DNA of 64,000 bases from Candidatus Omnitrophota bacterium (GTDB taxonomy: Bacteria > Omnitrophota > Gorgyraeia > 2-02-FULL-51-18). The notes under the pieces were generated by a model. The model saw only the letters and a program-made list of their open reading frames with translations. It was not told the origin of the DNA and searched no databases. Both the position numbers and the translations under genes were made by a program. Below, piece after piece: positions 40,028 to 50,300 of the stretch. The stretch's first letter is position 1. The number at the start of each line of letters is the position of its first letter. The stretch lies in NCBI GenBank assembly GCA_945877765.1, contig CAMDWQ010000011.1, positions 2,641-66,640 of the forward strand, given 5' to 3'.

Positions 40028-41746
40028 ATGGAAATACGATTAATACCACCCTATTTAAGTAGCTCGGTTAAAAGCAACGCGGAAAAAAGAACGTTTGCTG
40101 CAATCCAGTTAATTTCTGCGCCAGCTTACTGTTTTCATTCGCTAAATCTGCCTGAGAAAATAAAGAGAAAACCCGAATGCGAAATTGATTTTCTTTTCCT
40201 AAGCGTCAGGGGAATTATGTGTCTTGAGGTAAAGGGTGGATCTGTACGTCGAGTTGACGGGGTGTGGCAATTTGAAAATCGGTTTGGCGAGGTGACAAAG
40301 AAAATCGAGGGCCCATTCGAACAAGTTCAGAACGCGATGTACGCATTAAAACAACGAATAAAGAATAAATATGGAGCTGATTCAAACCTATTGAAATGTT
40401 TATTTGGGTACGGAGTCATATTTCCAGATACTGATTTTAAAGATGCATCAGCCGAATGGGACCTTGAAATTGTATGTGACAAGATTCGATTCAATAGACC
40501 CATTTCTGACTATATAACAGCATTACATGAATATTGGGCTTTAAAGAAACCTCAATCAAGGCCCCTTACGAACAATGAAGTGGATGAGTTGGCTCAATAT
40601 CTGAGGGGTGATTTTCACTGTGTTGTCCCATTAAAAGATTATATCGGAAACATCAACGAAGAGCTCCTGTCTCTAACCGGTGAACAGCTTAGTCTTCTAG
40701 CGGGACTCGACCAAAATCCTAGGCTAATCATTAACGGGCCGGCCGGGAGTGGCAAGACTCTCATGGCTGTAGAGAAAGCTAAATGTGAGGCGGCAAGGGG
40801 ACAAAAAACGCTTCTAATTTGCTCTAGCGATATTCTAGCCGAGCATCTCCAGCATATGTGTTCGGAATATATCAATCTCTCGGTTACAAATATATTTGCG
40901 CTGTTTAAATCAATTCAAACTTGCGGAGATTTATCCGATATAAAGAAACCGATCCGTGAGAATGAATATAAAATAGATTTACCCCTTATTCTCAAACGAC
41001 AAAAGTTGATTGATAGCGCACATCTATACGACTCGATAATAGTTGATGAAGCCCAAGATATTTTAAAAAGTACGTTTCTAGAAGTTTTAAATGGGTGTCT
41101 TAAGGGAGGATTTCAGAACGGTAGATGGACGCTTTTCTACGACAAATTCCGTCAAGCCGGTCTTTACGGTGATTCCGACAGCGGCGTTGCGTCTATTCTG
41201 GAAAAATTCAAGCCAACCCTATTCAATCTAGGTACGAACTGTAGGAATACCAAGAAAATTGCCGAAGAAACGGAAATGATAACGAATTATATTTTCCAGA
41301 AAATCCTTCACGACGGAGGTCGAAAATCTCGGGTTGAGTTTTATAAGGATATTGAAGAAAGGAACAGCACCCTTTTGTCAATTATGTCAGACTTGGCCAA
41401 ACAAGATATTTCCAAGGGTAGACAAATAATATTAACGCTTGAAAATGAAACTAATTTTTTAAATTCGGTGTCAGGGATACACGGTTATAAGTTTCAATCA
41501 TTGTCCAAATTCGACCAATTTAAGTCTGATCAACATCTCAATTTGGTTTGCGAAGCAAAGAGGTTCAAGGGACTTGAGAGTGATATAGTTATTATTCCCG
41601 AAATAAAAAGTTTTGATCAAACGGTGGAGTTATATGTAGCTATGACACGGGCAAAAGCGATGCTTTTTCTACTTATCGATTCCAGCTTGAAGAAGCAATA
41701 TCAAGAGCGCTTTAAACTGTACGTGGAAAGGAAAGTCTTAATATGA
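40028..41746 (+). CDS. NERD nuclease + SF1 (UvrD-like) helicase
   Basis: HSLNL, EIDFL..LEVKGG; GPAGSGKT, IVDEAQD, NCRNT, FKGLE, LYVAMTRA. Confidence 0.85.
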   Translation: MEIRLIPPYLSSSVKSNAEKRTFAAIQLISAPAYCFHSLNLPEKIKRKPECEIDFLFLSVRGIMCLEVKGGSVRRVDGVWQFENRFGEVTKKIEGPFEQVQNAMYALKQRIKNKYGADSNLLKCLFGYGVIFPDTDFKDASAEWDLEIVCDKIRFNRPISDYITALHEYWALKKPQSRPLTNNEVDELAQYLRGDFHCVVPLKDYIGNINEELLSLTGEQLSLLAGLDQNPRLIINGPAGSGKTLMAVEKAKCEAARGQKTLLICSSDILAEHLQHMCSEYINLSVTNIFALFKSIQTCGDLSDIKKPIRENEYKIDLPLILKRQKLIDSAHLYDSIIVDEAQDILKSTFLEVLNGCLKGGFQNGRWTLFYDKFRQAGLYGDSDSGVASILEKFKPTLFNLGTNCRNTKKIAEETEMITNYIFQKILHDGGRKSRVEFYKDIEERNSTLLSIMSDLAKQDISKGRQIILTLENETNFLNSVSGIHGYKFQSLSKFDQFKSDQHLNLVCEAKRFKGLESDIVIIPEIKSFDQTVELYVAMTRAKAMLFLLIDSSLKKQYQERFKLYVERKVLI

Positions 41747-44700
41747 TCCCAAATCCTTTAAATCATGAACAAGTTAGAACGGATTTGTTGGATTATATGC
41801 GCAAAGAGCTAGTTGGCCCTCAATCAGACGATGAAATTCTTGACGGCGATAACGTGCCTCAGATCGATCACTACATAGCAGGTGTTCTTTACCCTCAATC
41901 TAAAACCGACTCAGAAGATGATCGATTAGCAACTCAGCCTGATATTAGCGAAGAAGATGCAGATATTGCCGATGATCTAGAAACTAAAGTATACGGGTTA
42001 TCCAATATCTATATGCCTGCATCAATGGGTATCAGTTGCCAGCTAGCCATACCAGCCAAAGAAGGTGTTCAATACAAAGTTACGTGCGCCCGGTATGAGT
42101 TACAGAAGACAGAGATCAAGAATGCTAGCGGGCGTTCCACGCATTGGGTGCGCATACCGATTAAGAAAGAGGGTTCAATAACTCTTCAAGAATTGGCGAA
42201 AGGGAAAGTCACCATAGAAATCGAGAAAGGTCTCGAGCTTGTTTGTATTTTTAAACCCGATAAGGGGTACCTTACAGTAAGTTTAGTTAACGAAAATGAG
42301 TACGATGTTTCCGTAGAAGAGAAAGTGAAACCTAGAAAACTAACTCCAAACTGTTTTTTCCAGTCAGAGTTGGTTCTAACCGGTGCCGGCGACGATCATT
42401 TTCTTCCAAGAAAACCGTATGAATGTCCGGATGGCAAAGAACGAACATACGAAATGTTGTTTCGAAATAAGCCTACCTTTGCCATTGGTCATGGCTGCGC
42501 TGCCGACTGGGATAAAAGCCGCTCAAATAGAACGAACTCGGTAAAAACGACTACGTTTCCGGTTGAATCTGTGCCAAGCGTCGATTTTGAAGTTATTCAG
42601 GATAAAAAAATTCTTCAGGTACTGGACATGAAACGACTTTCAGAGTCTCTTCATCAAAAGGAAGAAATTTTGTCTGATTTGCGCCAATTTGCCAAAGAAT
42701 ACGATCTATGGATAGACCGAATCGAGACGAGCGACGTCGACCCGGTATTTTACGACGTTGCTAAAGAAAATATTATTAAATGCAGAATGTCGTTCGAGCG
42801 GATAGAGGCAGGAATTCAAAAGTTAGAGGATGACCCAGAAGTTTTTGAAGCGTTCGTTCTCATGAATAAAGCGATGGTTCTGCAGCGGCTTGGCCATGAC
42901 CCAAAAGAACCAAGCACCTGTCGCTGGAGACCCTTCCAGCTTGCATTTATCTTACTGAGTGTCGTCGGTTTAATTGATGATCAGTCATCGGACAGAAATA
43001 TAGTTGATTTAATTTGGTTTCCTACCGGAGGCGGAAAAACAGAAGCATATCTTGGGATTACAGCTTTCATTATTTTCTACCGAAGAATCAAATATAAAGC
43101 GTTGGGGGGCGGTACTGCCGCAATCATGCGCTACACTTTAAGGCTTTTAACAACTCAACAACTTCAACGCGCCACTAGGCTAATGTGCGCCTGCGAAATT
43201 ATTAGAAAACAAAATTCAATAAGATACGGTAGCGAGGTAATCAGTTCGGGAATTTGGGTAGGGGGCGATACAACTCCCAACACTTCGTCTGTTTATCGAG
43301 AGCAATTAGAAGACGGTGAATTTGTAAAAATTCTTTCAATGTGCCCGTGGTGTGAATCGGCGCTTCAATACAGTAAGAGGACAAATCCGAAAATATATTG
43401 TAAAAATGAAAATTGTAAATTCTCAAAAGGCTTACCAATATTATTTGTGGATGATGATATATACGAGAACCCACCCACTTTCTTGGTTAGCACTGTCGAT
43501 AAATTTGCTAATCTTTCTTTAAAAGCGGACCCAAAAAATAAGAAAAAGGATGCCGCCCGGATATTTGCTGCGGATGCGGGCAACCAAAAAATAGCCCCCT
43601 CCTTAATTATTCAGGACGAATTACATTTAATATCAGGTGCCTTAGGTACTTTAGTTGGATTATTCGAGATCGTTATAGAAGAGTTGTGCTCACTCAAAAA
43701 AATTAAGCCAAAAATTGTCGCAGCGACAGCGACCATAAGAGGAGCGGAGGAACAAACAAAAAATCTTTTCAATAGAGAAGTATTTCAATTTCCATCGCCT
43801 GGGATAAGTATTGAAGATTCGTTCTTTGCCGTGGAAAAAACTTCAAAGGAAAATCGGTTATACGTTGGAGTACAGGCATCTGGGCACACCTTTACGACAA
43901 CAGAAGTCAGGGTATTTTCAGCATTATTACAAGGAATCTATGAAATTAAATCGGCATATGAGGAGGGAAAAACTCCAGAGGAGATGGCTGCCGTGCAGGA
44001 ACTCATAGACCCGTACTGGACGATGATTGCCTATTTCAATAGCGTTAGACAACTAGGTAAGTGTCATAGCCTGCTGGATCAAGATATTGCAACGCAAATG
44101 GTGGAGTTATCAAAGCGATCCGGCTCTCGCAGACGTTTTATCCCGGACAGGGGCATTAGAGAAATGACCGGAACAAGAAAAACGAAAGATATTGCAGAAA
44201 TTTTAGCCGAACTATTTTATCCACTAAATAGCAAGAAAGCGCTTGATATAGTTCTGACCACAAATATGTTTTCCGTTGGGGTAGACATATCGCGTTTGGG
44301 AGCTATGGTAATTACAAGCCATCCAAAAACAAATGCAGAATATATTCAGGCATCCAGTCGGGTTGGCAGAAAATATCCCGGAATTATTTTTACGGTTTAC
44401 GATTTTTCACGATCGAGAGACCGCTCTTACTATGAGAATTTTGTCGGGTACCATCGGGCACTCTATAGGCATGTCGAGGTTTCTAGCTTAACACCTTTTT
44501 CAATGGCGTCTGTAGATAGAGGGATGAAGAGCGTCATTATCTCCTTATTGCGACAAAGATTTCGTTCGATGGGAGTTGATGATTTAAACACACTTTCTGC
44601 AGATAAACGAGACAAGGTGATTGAAGAGATAAGAGGACTGATTCTTAAAAGAGTGAACGCAGTTGATCAATCCGAATTACGTATGGTTACTTTAAAGCTT

Positions 44701-46716
44701 ACCAGTTGGTTTGTAGAGCTAAAAGAATTCTTGTCCTCACGGGCAAACGCAGAATATAAAGAGCTAATCTATAACCCATCTCTGGGCTCGCCGAGGCAGC
44801 CGTTCCAATGGGATGTTTTATACTCAATGAGGAATGTGGATGAAAGCGCCCGAATCAAAGTAGGAGTTATCAATGGTCAAGAAATATGGGATGAGGACAA
44901 ATCGTGGAACGAAATAAGAAAAAATCAATTAATTGTTCCTTTTGGCCCGGGAGCTATTGTTGAGCTCGAGAACTCAAAAAGCGCGCTCGTTTCTAGATGG
45001 CACGGCAAGGGCGACCCGGTAAGCGATATGCCAGATGAACGATTTATTCAACGCCTATCTCGGTTAAGAGTGAAAGAATTAGTAGCTCCGCCATCGGCAA
45101 AACAAAAGCCGATAGGGGCAGTTCTATTTCCCGCATGGGGTTTTTGTAAAAGCTGTAGAAAATTCGGCGAAATAAAAAATACATTTAAATTTGATGCCCG
45201 CAATGGCAAAGAACGGTGGTCTTGTGAGTGTAGTGGAAGGTCAAAATTATCGGACGCTAAAAAATTTATGAATGCAGTCGTGCAAATAAAATTCATCGCC
45301 GTGTGTTCCGACGGGCATATAGACGACTTACCTTGGGGCGAGCTTCTTCATAAAAGCCCTAGCTATATGAATGACGGAGCTCTCCATCAGTTTAAGTACG
45401 AGTCCTTCGGCGGCTCTCTTGGTGAAGAAAGCTTGTCATGTTCATGCGGAATTGCTCCGTTTCGACTCAATCAGTTGAAAAAGGCAATAACGGGACAACT
45501 TTGTAAAAATCGTCCGTTAACGGACTACAGCACGCAAGAAGGCGTTTGCCCTCGTAATATCGAAATGAAGCATAGGGGAGCATCAAGTACGTACTTTCCC
45601 GTGGTTAGAACTTCGATATATTTGCCACCGCAGGATGATGCTGGTCTTAATAAAGTTTTGGTTAGGCTAAGAAACACCTTAGAGGATGCAGGGGGCACAA
45701 TTCCTGAGGATCAAAAAAGAATAATAGTAGAAAATAACCTTATCCAAATTGGTGTTGTTAAAGAGATCGCATGGCCCACATATCTCCGATTTATTGAACC
45801 CGTTGACATCGCTCAGGCGACAAATGTTGACGAAGAGATTAAGTACAGGGAAGAAGAGTATAAAGTATTCTCCGCGCCCGCAGTCAATCAGCAAGTTTTT
45901 CTAAAAGATCTAGTTTTGGATGAGGTTAGCCCAAGCGTATTGCGGTCTAAAAAATATCCTGAAGAAATTTCTGATATGAAATTAATTAAGACCTTAAAGG
46001 AAACTAGGGCAATTCTGGGCTACACGCGAATCTATCCTATCGACTTTGAAGAAGGTGAGGGCGCAGAGGGTAGGCGCGCTGGTATGATTTCATTGATCAA
46101 AAATTATAAGATTCCTGCCATTGAGGTTCGAGGCGAAGGCATATTCTTTAGACTGAATCCAAGCATGATTAGTGATTGGGCAAAAAAATCAAACGTTGTC
46201 AAACGAGTTAGAATTATTAACGAACACGAACGACTCTCGGGCAGACAATATGGAGTTGGCGTAAAAAATGTTACACCTGCTTTTATCTTAATTCACACAT
46301 TAGCCCATGCCTTAATTAGATATTTGGGAATGGAATGCGGTTACGGGACGGCTTCCCTGCGTGAAAGAATATACTGTCATCAGGTTGAAGGAGATATTAG
46401 AATGGCCGGCGTGATGATTTATACTGCATCCGGAGACGCGGCAGGGACTCTCGGAGGGTTAGTCCGGCAGGGCAGGGAAGACCGCTTTCCGACTTTGTAT
46501 AGGAATGCGATCCATTCAATGGATTGGTGCTCTTCTGACCCGCTTTGTATTCAATCCAAAGGGCAAGGAAGAGACGGTTTGAATGTGTCGGCCTGCCATG
46601 CTTGCGCACTATTACCTGAGACTAGTTGCGAGTTTCAAAATGTTTACTTAGATAGAGCGCTTTTAAACGGCACCATTGATGACCCCAAAATTGGTTTTTT
46701 TAAAAGGTATGAATAG
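41743..46716 (+). CDS. Fused DrmA-like SF2 helicase and DrmB-like DUF1998 protein
   Basis: FPTGGGKTEAY, QDELH, SVGVDISRLG, YIQASSRVGR; then QLIVPFGPGA, HTLAHALI, CSSDPLC..ACHAC..LPETSCE. Confidence 0.85.
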   Translation: MIPNPLNHEQVRTDLLDYMRKELVGPQSDDEILDGDNVPQIDHYIAGVLYPQSKTDSEDDRLATQPDISEEDADIADDLETKVYGLSNIYMPASMGISCQLAIPAKEGVQYKVTCARYELQKTEIKNASGRSTHWVRIPIKKEGSITLQELAKGKVTIEIEKGLELVCIFKPDKGYLTVSLVNENEYDVSVEEKVKPRKLTPNCFFQSELVLTGAGDDHFLPRKPYECPDGKERTYEMLFRNKPTFAIGHGCAADWDKSRSNRTNSVKTTTFPVESVPSVDFEVIQDKKILQVLDMKRLSESLHQKEEILSDLRQFAKEYDLWIDRIETSDVDPVFYDVAKENIIKCRMSFERIEAGIQKLEDDPEVFEAFVLMNKAMVLQRLGHDPKEPSTCRWRPFQLAFILLSVVGLIDDQSSDRNIVDLIWFPTGGGKTEAYLGITAFIIFYRRIKYKALGGGTAAIMRYTLRLLTTQQLQRATRLMCACEIIRKQNSIRYGSEVISSGIWVGGDTTPNTSSVYREQLEDGEFVKILSMCPWCESALQYSKRTNPKIYCKNENCKFSKGLPILFVDDDIYENPPTFLVSTVDKFANLSLKADPKNKKKDAARIFAADAGNQKIAPSLIIQDELHLISGALGTLVGLFEIVIEELCSLKKIKPKIVAATATIRGAEEQTKNLFNREVFQFPSPGISIEDSFFAVEKTSKENRLYVGVQASGHTFTTTEVRVFSALLQGIYEIKSAYEEGKTPEEMAAVQELIDPYWTMIAYFNSVRQLGKCHSLLDQDIATQMVELSKRSGSRRRFIPDRGIREMTGTRKTKDIAEILAELFYPLNSKKALDIVLTTNMFSVGVDISRLGAMVITSHPKTNAEYIQASSRVGRKYPGIIFTVYDFSRSRDRSYYENFVGYHRALYRHVEVSSLTPFSMASVDRGMKSVIISLLRQRFRSMGVDDLNTLSADKRDKVIEEIRGLILKRVNAVDQSELRMVTLKLTSWFVELKEFLSSRANAEYKELIYNPSLGSPRQPFQWDVLYSMRNVDESARIKVGVINGQEIWDEDKSWNEIRKNQLIVPFGPGAIVELENSKSALVSRWHGKGDPVSDMPDERFIQRLSRLRVKELVAPPSAKQKPIGAVLFPAWGFCKSCRKFGEIKNTFKFDARNGKERWSCECSGRSKLSDAKKFMNAVVQIKFIAVCSDGHIDDLPWGELLHKSPSYMNDGALHQFKYESFGGSLGEESLSCSCGIAPFRLNQLKKAITGQLCKNRPLTDYSTQEGVCPRNIEMKHRGASSTYFPVVRTSIYLPPQDDAGLNKVLVRLRNTLEDAGGTIPEDQKRIIVENNLIQIGVVKEIAWPTYLRFIEPVDIAQATNVDEEIKYREEEYKVFSAPAVNQQVFLKDLVLDEVSPSVLRSKKYPEEISDMKLIKTLKETRAILGYTRIYPIDFEEGEGAEGRRAGMISLIKNYKIPAIEVRGEGIFFRLNPSMISDWAKKSNVVKRVRIINEHERLSGRQYGVGVKNVTPAFILIHTLAHALIRYLGMECGYGTASLRERIYCHQVEGDIRMAGVMIYTASGDAAGTLGGLVRQGREDRFPTLYRNAIHSMDWCSSDPLCIQSKGQGRDGLNVSACHACALLPETSCEFQNVYLDRALLNGTIDDPKIGFFKRYE

Positions 46717-47818
46717 AAAAAATTCTAAACTAAACATAACGGCGGTTGACCTCTTCTGCGGAGCGGGAGGCCTGACGCGCGGCCTGCTTGATTCCGGGAT
46801 CAAAGTTAAAATCGGTGTCGATTTCGATGGACAGTTTAAAGATACATATGAAAAAAATAATCATCCTTCGCGATTCTTGCAATGTGACATTAGAAAACTA
46901 AAAACCAAATATTTGGAAGAATGCCTAAAATTAGAAGAAACAGATTTATTTTTGCTCTCCGCATGTGCTCCGTGCCAACCCTTTAGCCGCCAAAATTCTA
47001 AACATCATTACGATAGACGTAAATCCCTATTGCTAGAAGTAGTTCGAATTCTTGACGAGCTAAAACGTAAGCCCGATTTTTTATTTTTTGAGAATGTTCC
47101 ACATATTAACAGATCTGAAAGGAGCACTGTTCTCAGAAGACTTAGGAAGGCACTTGTCAAAATGGGCTATTCCTTTGATTCGAAAATTGTGGATGCAGCA
47201 ATATATGGCGTCCCACAACGGAGAAAGAGGTTTATTCTAATAGCCGTTAAGAAAAAAATCGCTGGTAACACCGTCCGTTTTCCTGAAGAACTGTTTGGAA
47301 AAGATCGAAATCAGCCATATCGTACAGTGAGAGAGGCCATAGGTGCTTTCCCGCGCATAAGAGCAGGCCAAACTCACGCGCAAGTAGCAAATCATCAAAC
47401 TCAGTCATTGACTACAAAGACTCGGATGCGATTGCTATTAACGCCTAAAAATGGGGGTTCTCGCCGAGATTGGCCCGATCGCGTAAAATTAAAATGCCAC
47501 GAAGAGCATGTTGGGCATTGGGATGTTTACGGTCGAATGAAATGGAATGAGCCCAGCCCCACTCTTACGTGTCGATGCACGTCAATTTCAAATGGGCGTT
47601 TTGGACACCCAACTCAGCTGAGAGCAATTTCTTTGCGTGAAGCAGCAGCGCTGCAAACATTTCCGAACGATTATCAATTTTACGGAAGTTTTAAAGCTAT
47701 AGCAATGCAAGTAGGTAATGCCGTTCCCGTTCTGTTGGCTGAAGCATTTGGTAAGCATTTTATTGAAATCGGCAACGGTAAGTCCTTTGCCACAAGGACG
47801 GAGAAGAATACCGAATAA
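46709..47818 (+). CDS. DNA (cytosine-5)-methyltransferase (DrmMII-like)
   Basis: DLFCGAGG, PCQPFS, ENV, QRRKR, LQTFP, GNAVP. Confidence 0.93.
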   Translation: MNRKNSKLNITAVDLFCGAGGLTRGLLDSGIKVKIGVDFDGQFKDTYEKNNHPSRFLQCDIRKLKTKYLEECLKLEETDLFLLSACAPCQPFSRQNSKHHYDRRKSLLLEVVRILDELKRKPDFLFFENVPHINRSERSTVLRRLRKALVKMGYSFDSKIVDAAIYGVPQRRKRFILIAVKKKIAGNTVRFPEELFGKDRNQPYRTVREAIGAFPRIRAGQTHAQVANHQTQSLTTKTRMRLLLTPKNGGSRRDWPDRVKLKCHEEHVGHWDVYGRMKWNEPSPTLTCRCTSISNGRFGHPTQLRAISLREAAALQTFPNDYQFYGSFKAIAMQVGNAVPVLLAEAFGKHFIEIGNGKSFATRTEKNTE

Positions 47819-47821
47819 TCT

Positions 47822-47885
47822 GGGGACACGTACCGAATTCCTCGAATTCTTTATTGGCTATGTTAGATTAGGGCCGCGTCCTGAG
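47822..47885. repeat. GGGGACACGTACC REP-like element
   Basis: ggggacacgtaccgaattcc...ttagggccgcgtcct. Confidence 0.7.
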
Positions 47886-47955
47886 AATTTTGAGAAGTTA
47901 ATGTTAAGGCCAAACACTAGTTGGAGAAGTATATGTTAAACGGCGAGAAGCAGTT

Positions 47956-48744
47956 TTGCGCTTAAATTTTGACGTATCAGTTGCCAGTCATTTCAGGAGC
48001 GCATCCCAAAGAGCGCGAGTTTTAACAGAAGCTTGGGTTGATAGCCAGGTCTACTGTCCTAACTGTGGGCTTCTCGGTATAGATAAATATCCTAATAATA
48101 ATCCCGCCGCCGATTTTCACTGCTCGAATTGCCATGAAGACTATGAGCTCAAAAGTAAAAATTCTAAAATTGGAACAAGAGTTGTCGACGGAGCCTACCG
48201 AACATTGATTCAAAAGCTGCGAGGCAATACCAATCCCAATCTATTTTTGTTAAATTACGATCCACGAAGCGCCGAGGTTCTAAATTTTTTTGTGATCCCA
48301 AAGCACTTTTTTATTCCTGAAATTATTGAAAAAAGGAAGCCGCTTGCACCTACCGCTCGCCGTGCCGGTTGGGTTGGTTGTAACATTCTTCTGCATGATA
48401 TCCCGCCAACCGGAATAATTTATTTTGTAAAAAATCGTATTATTGAGTCAAGGGTAAAGGTGCTTTCCTGTTGGAAAAAGACACTGTTTTTGAGAGAAGA
48501 GAAAGAGCTCGTCGCCAAAGGCTGGCTTTTGGATGTGATGCGCTGCGTCGAGCGGCTTAACCAAAGTTTTTCACTTGATGAAGTTTATTCTTTTGCGGGA
48601 GAGCTGGGCATAAAACACCCTGAGAATCGACATATCAAGGATAAAATTCGTCAGCAGTTGCAGGTTCTGCGTGAGAGAGGCTATCTCGAGTTTATCGCGA
48701 ATCCGGGGACACGTACCGAATTCCTGAGGGGCTTAGTCTATTAG
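47956..48744 (+). CDS. Dam-replacing/DpnI-like restriction endonuclease
   Basis: SQRARVLTE.W, YCPNCG, ADFHC..C.EDYELKSK, DGAY, ARRAGWVGCNI, HPENRHIKDKIRQQLQVLR. Confidence 0.88.
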   Translation: MRLNFDVSVASHFRSASQRARVLTEAWVDSQVYCPNCGLLGIDKYPNNNPAADFHCSNCHEDYELKSKNSKIGTRVVDGAYRTLIQKLRGNTNPNLFLLNYDPRSAEVLNFFVIPKHFFIPEIIEKRKPLAPTARRAGWVGCNILLHDIPPTGIIYFVKNRIIESRVKVLSCWKKTLFLREEKELVAKGWLLDVMRCVERLNQSFSLDEVYSFAGELGIKHPENRHIKDKIRQQLQVLRERGYLEFIANPGTRTEFLRGLVY

Positions 48745-49085
48745 GTACGTGTCCCGAGATTCCGAGATTCCGTCCCGAGATTCCGCAAGTAGTTAATTTA
48801 AGAGCAGAGTGTTATATTTTTAATTTCCAGCGAGGATACGTATGAAAAATTTGATTGCCCAAAAAATGCGCCCAAACGACCCATTGCCGTTTATATTTCT
48901 GCTTCTTTGCGCGGAATCCGGGGACACGTACCGAATTCCTGAGTGGCTATAGTATATTAGGTACGGAATCCGGGCGGAATCCGGGCGAATCCGGGGACAC
49001 GTACCGAATTCCTGAGGGGCTTAGTCTATTAGGTACGTGTCCCGAGATTCACGAGATTCAGCCGAGATTCCGTGTCCCGAGATTC
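48700..49085. repeat. Cluster of GGGGACACGTACC...GGTACGTGTCCC REP-like units with short tandem duplications
   Basis: At least three units plus repeated gagattcc/gaatccgg. Confidence 0.8.
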
Positions 49086-49089
49086 CGTT

Positions 49090-49365
49090 GTGGGGAAGAC
49101 CAAAGAAAAATTGCCCCAAGGCGCCGAAAAGAAAACCGAGATCACGGTAGCCGCGATAGCCGAGGCCCAAAAAGCAGAGCCGCCCAAAAAGCCAGCCATG
49201 GTCAAGCGCGACTCGCTCGTCCTCACCAACGGCCAGACCGTAAGCGGACAAATCCTCGAACGGAGGCCCGACGGCGTCTGGTTTCGTGCCGATGAGGGCA
49301 TCGACATGCTTTTTACTCACGCGGAAATAAAGCAGGTACGCGCGGGGGATGTTGATCCCGAATAA
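49090..49365 (+). pseudogene. C-terminal fragment of a secreted-type protein cut by the REP cluster
   Basis: DSLVLTNGQTVSGQI motif, similar to the N-terminus of the 60534 protein; no own start. Confidence 0.45.
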
Positions 49366-49426
49366 AAAGGGTCCGGTAAACTATTCTGATATCTTTCCAT
49401 AAAAAACCTGAAAGGAGCGCTCTCCA

Positions 49427-50272
49427 GTGACGGCCTTTTACTCTTTTGTAAATTTCTTCCTGCGCAGAAAACCGCTTCTTATTTTTCTCGTTTTCCTTTT
49501 TTTTCTGGGGCTTGGGGTTTCCACCGTCTATCGAGGCGCTCTCAATACTCCCAAACGCACCGATCTCACCGTCTATATCCGCGGCGCCGAAGCGATTCGC
49601 GCCGGAGAAAATATTTATACCGTACGGACCGAGCGTTCATGGAACTACATCTATTTGCCGCTGACGGCGGTCATCCTCTCGTTCTTTACGGGCACGCCTT
49701 TCACGCTGTTTTTGGTATTGTTGGTGTTCTATTTTTACACCCAGAAACGCCCCGCGTGGGCGGGAATTCTTTTGGCGCTGGCGATCGTGCTGAAAACCTC
49801 ACCGGTGGGATTTATAGTTTTTTTCTTCTTATTTAAGAGAGAGTGGGAGATCTGCCTCTGGATACTTTTTGGGCTTTGTTTGTGGATCCTGGCCAGCCCC
49901 TCATTTTTTATCGGCTGGGAAAGGAATTCCAACCACACCATCGCGGTAACCATGAAAGCCTTGAGCGTGGCGGCGCTGGCCGGTTTAGCCTGGCTCTGCG
50001 GTAAAAATAAGACTTCCGATAAGGTCCGGCTCTTCGCGGAGTATTCGCTGTTCCCGATGACAATGCTCTTTTTTTCGCCGGCCTCCAAAATGAACCATTT
50101 CACTGTGTTGTTCATTCTCTTCGCCGCAGCCTGTCTTACCGCGGAGCGGTTTTCACGGCAGTCCGCCATCTACCGCTTTTTGGCCGCCTTTTTCTTTCCA
50201 CAGCGCTTCTGGCGGCGATCCGGCTCAAAAAAAAGGTCCGGTCTTTGGGCTGAGTCTAGTCCAGTGGTATAA
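49427..50272 (+). pseudogene. GT87/DUF2029-like membrane glycosyltransferase, apparently internally deleted
   Basis: TDLTVY..GA, YIYLP, AGILLALAIVLK; short for the family. Confidence 0.55.
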
Positions 50273-50300
50273 TCTAACCAATGGATGTGTCACCCTTCAA

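Noticed and set aside
48700-49085. Possible CRISPR array
   Set aside because: Units are inverted REP-like pairs with irregular spacing and duplicated interiors, with no unique spacers and no cas genes. Partial assembly stutter is possible.
48855-49320. ORFs 48855-49295 (+) and 49021-49320 (-)
   Set aside because: Largely translations of REP repeats (repeated NPGTRTEF) or antisense to a gene fragment.
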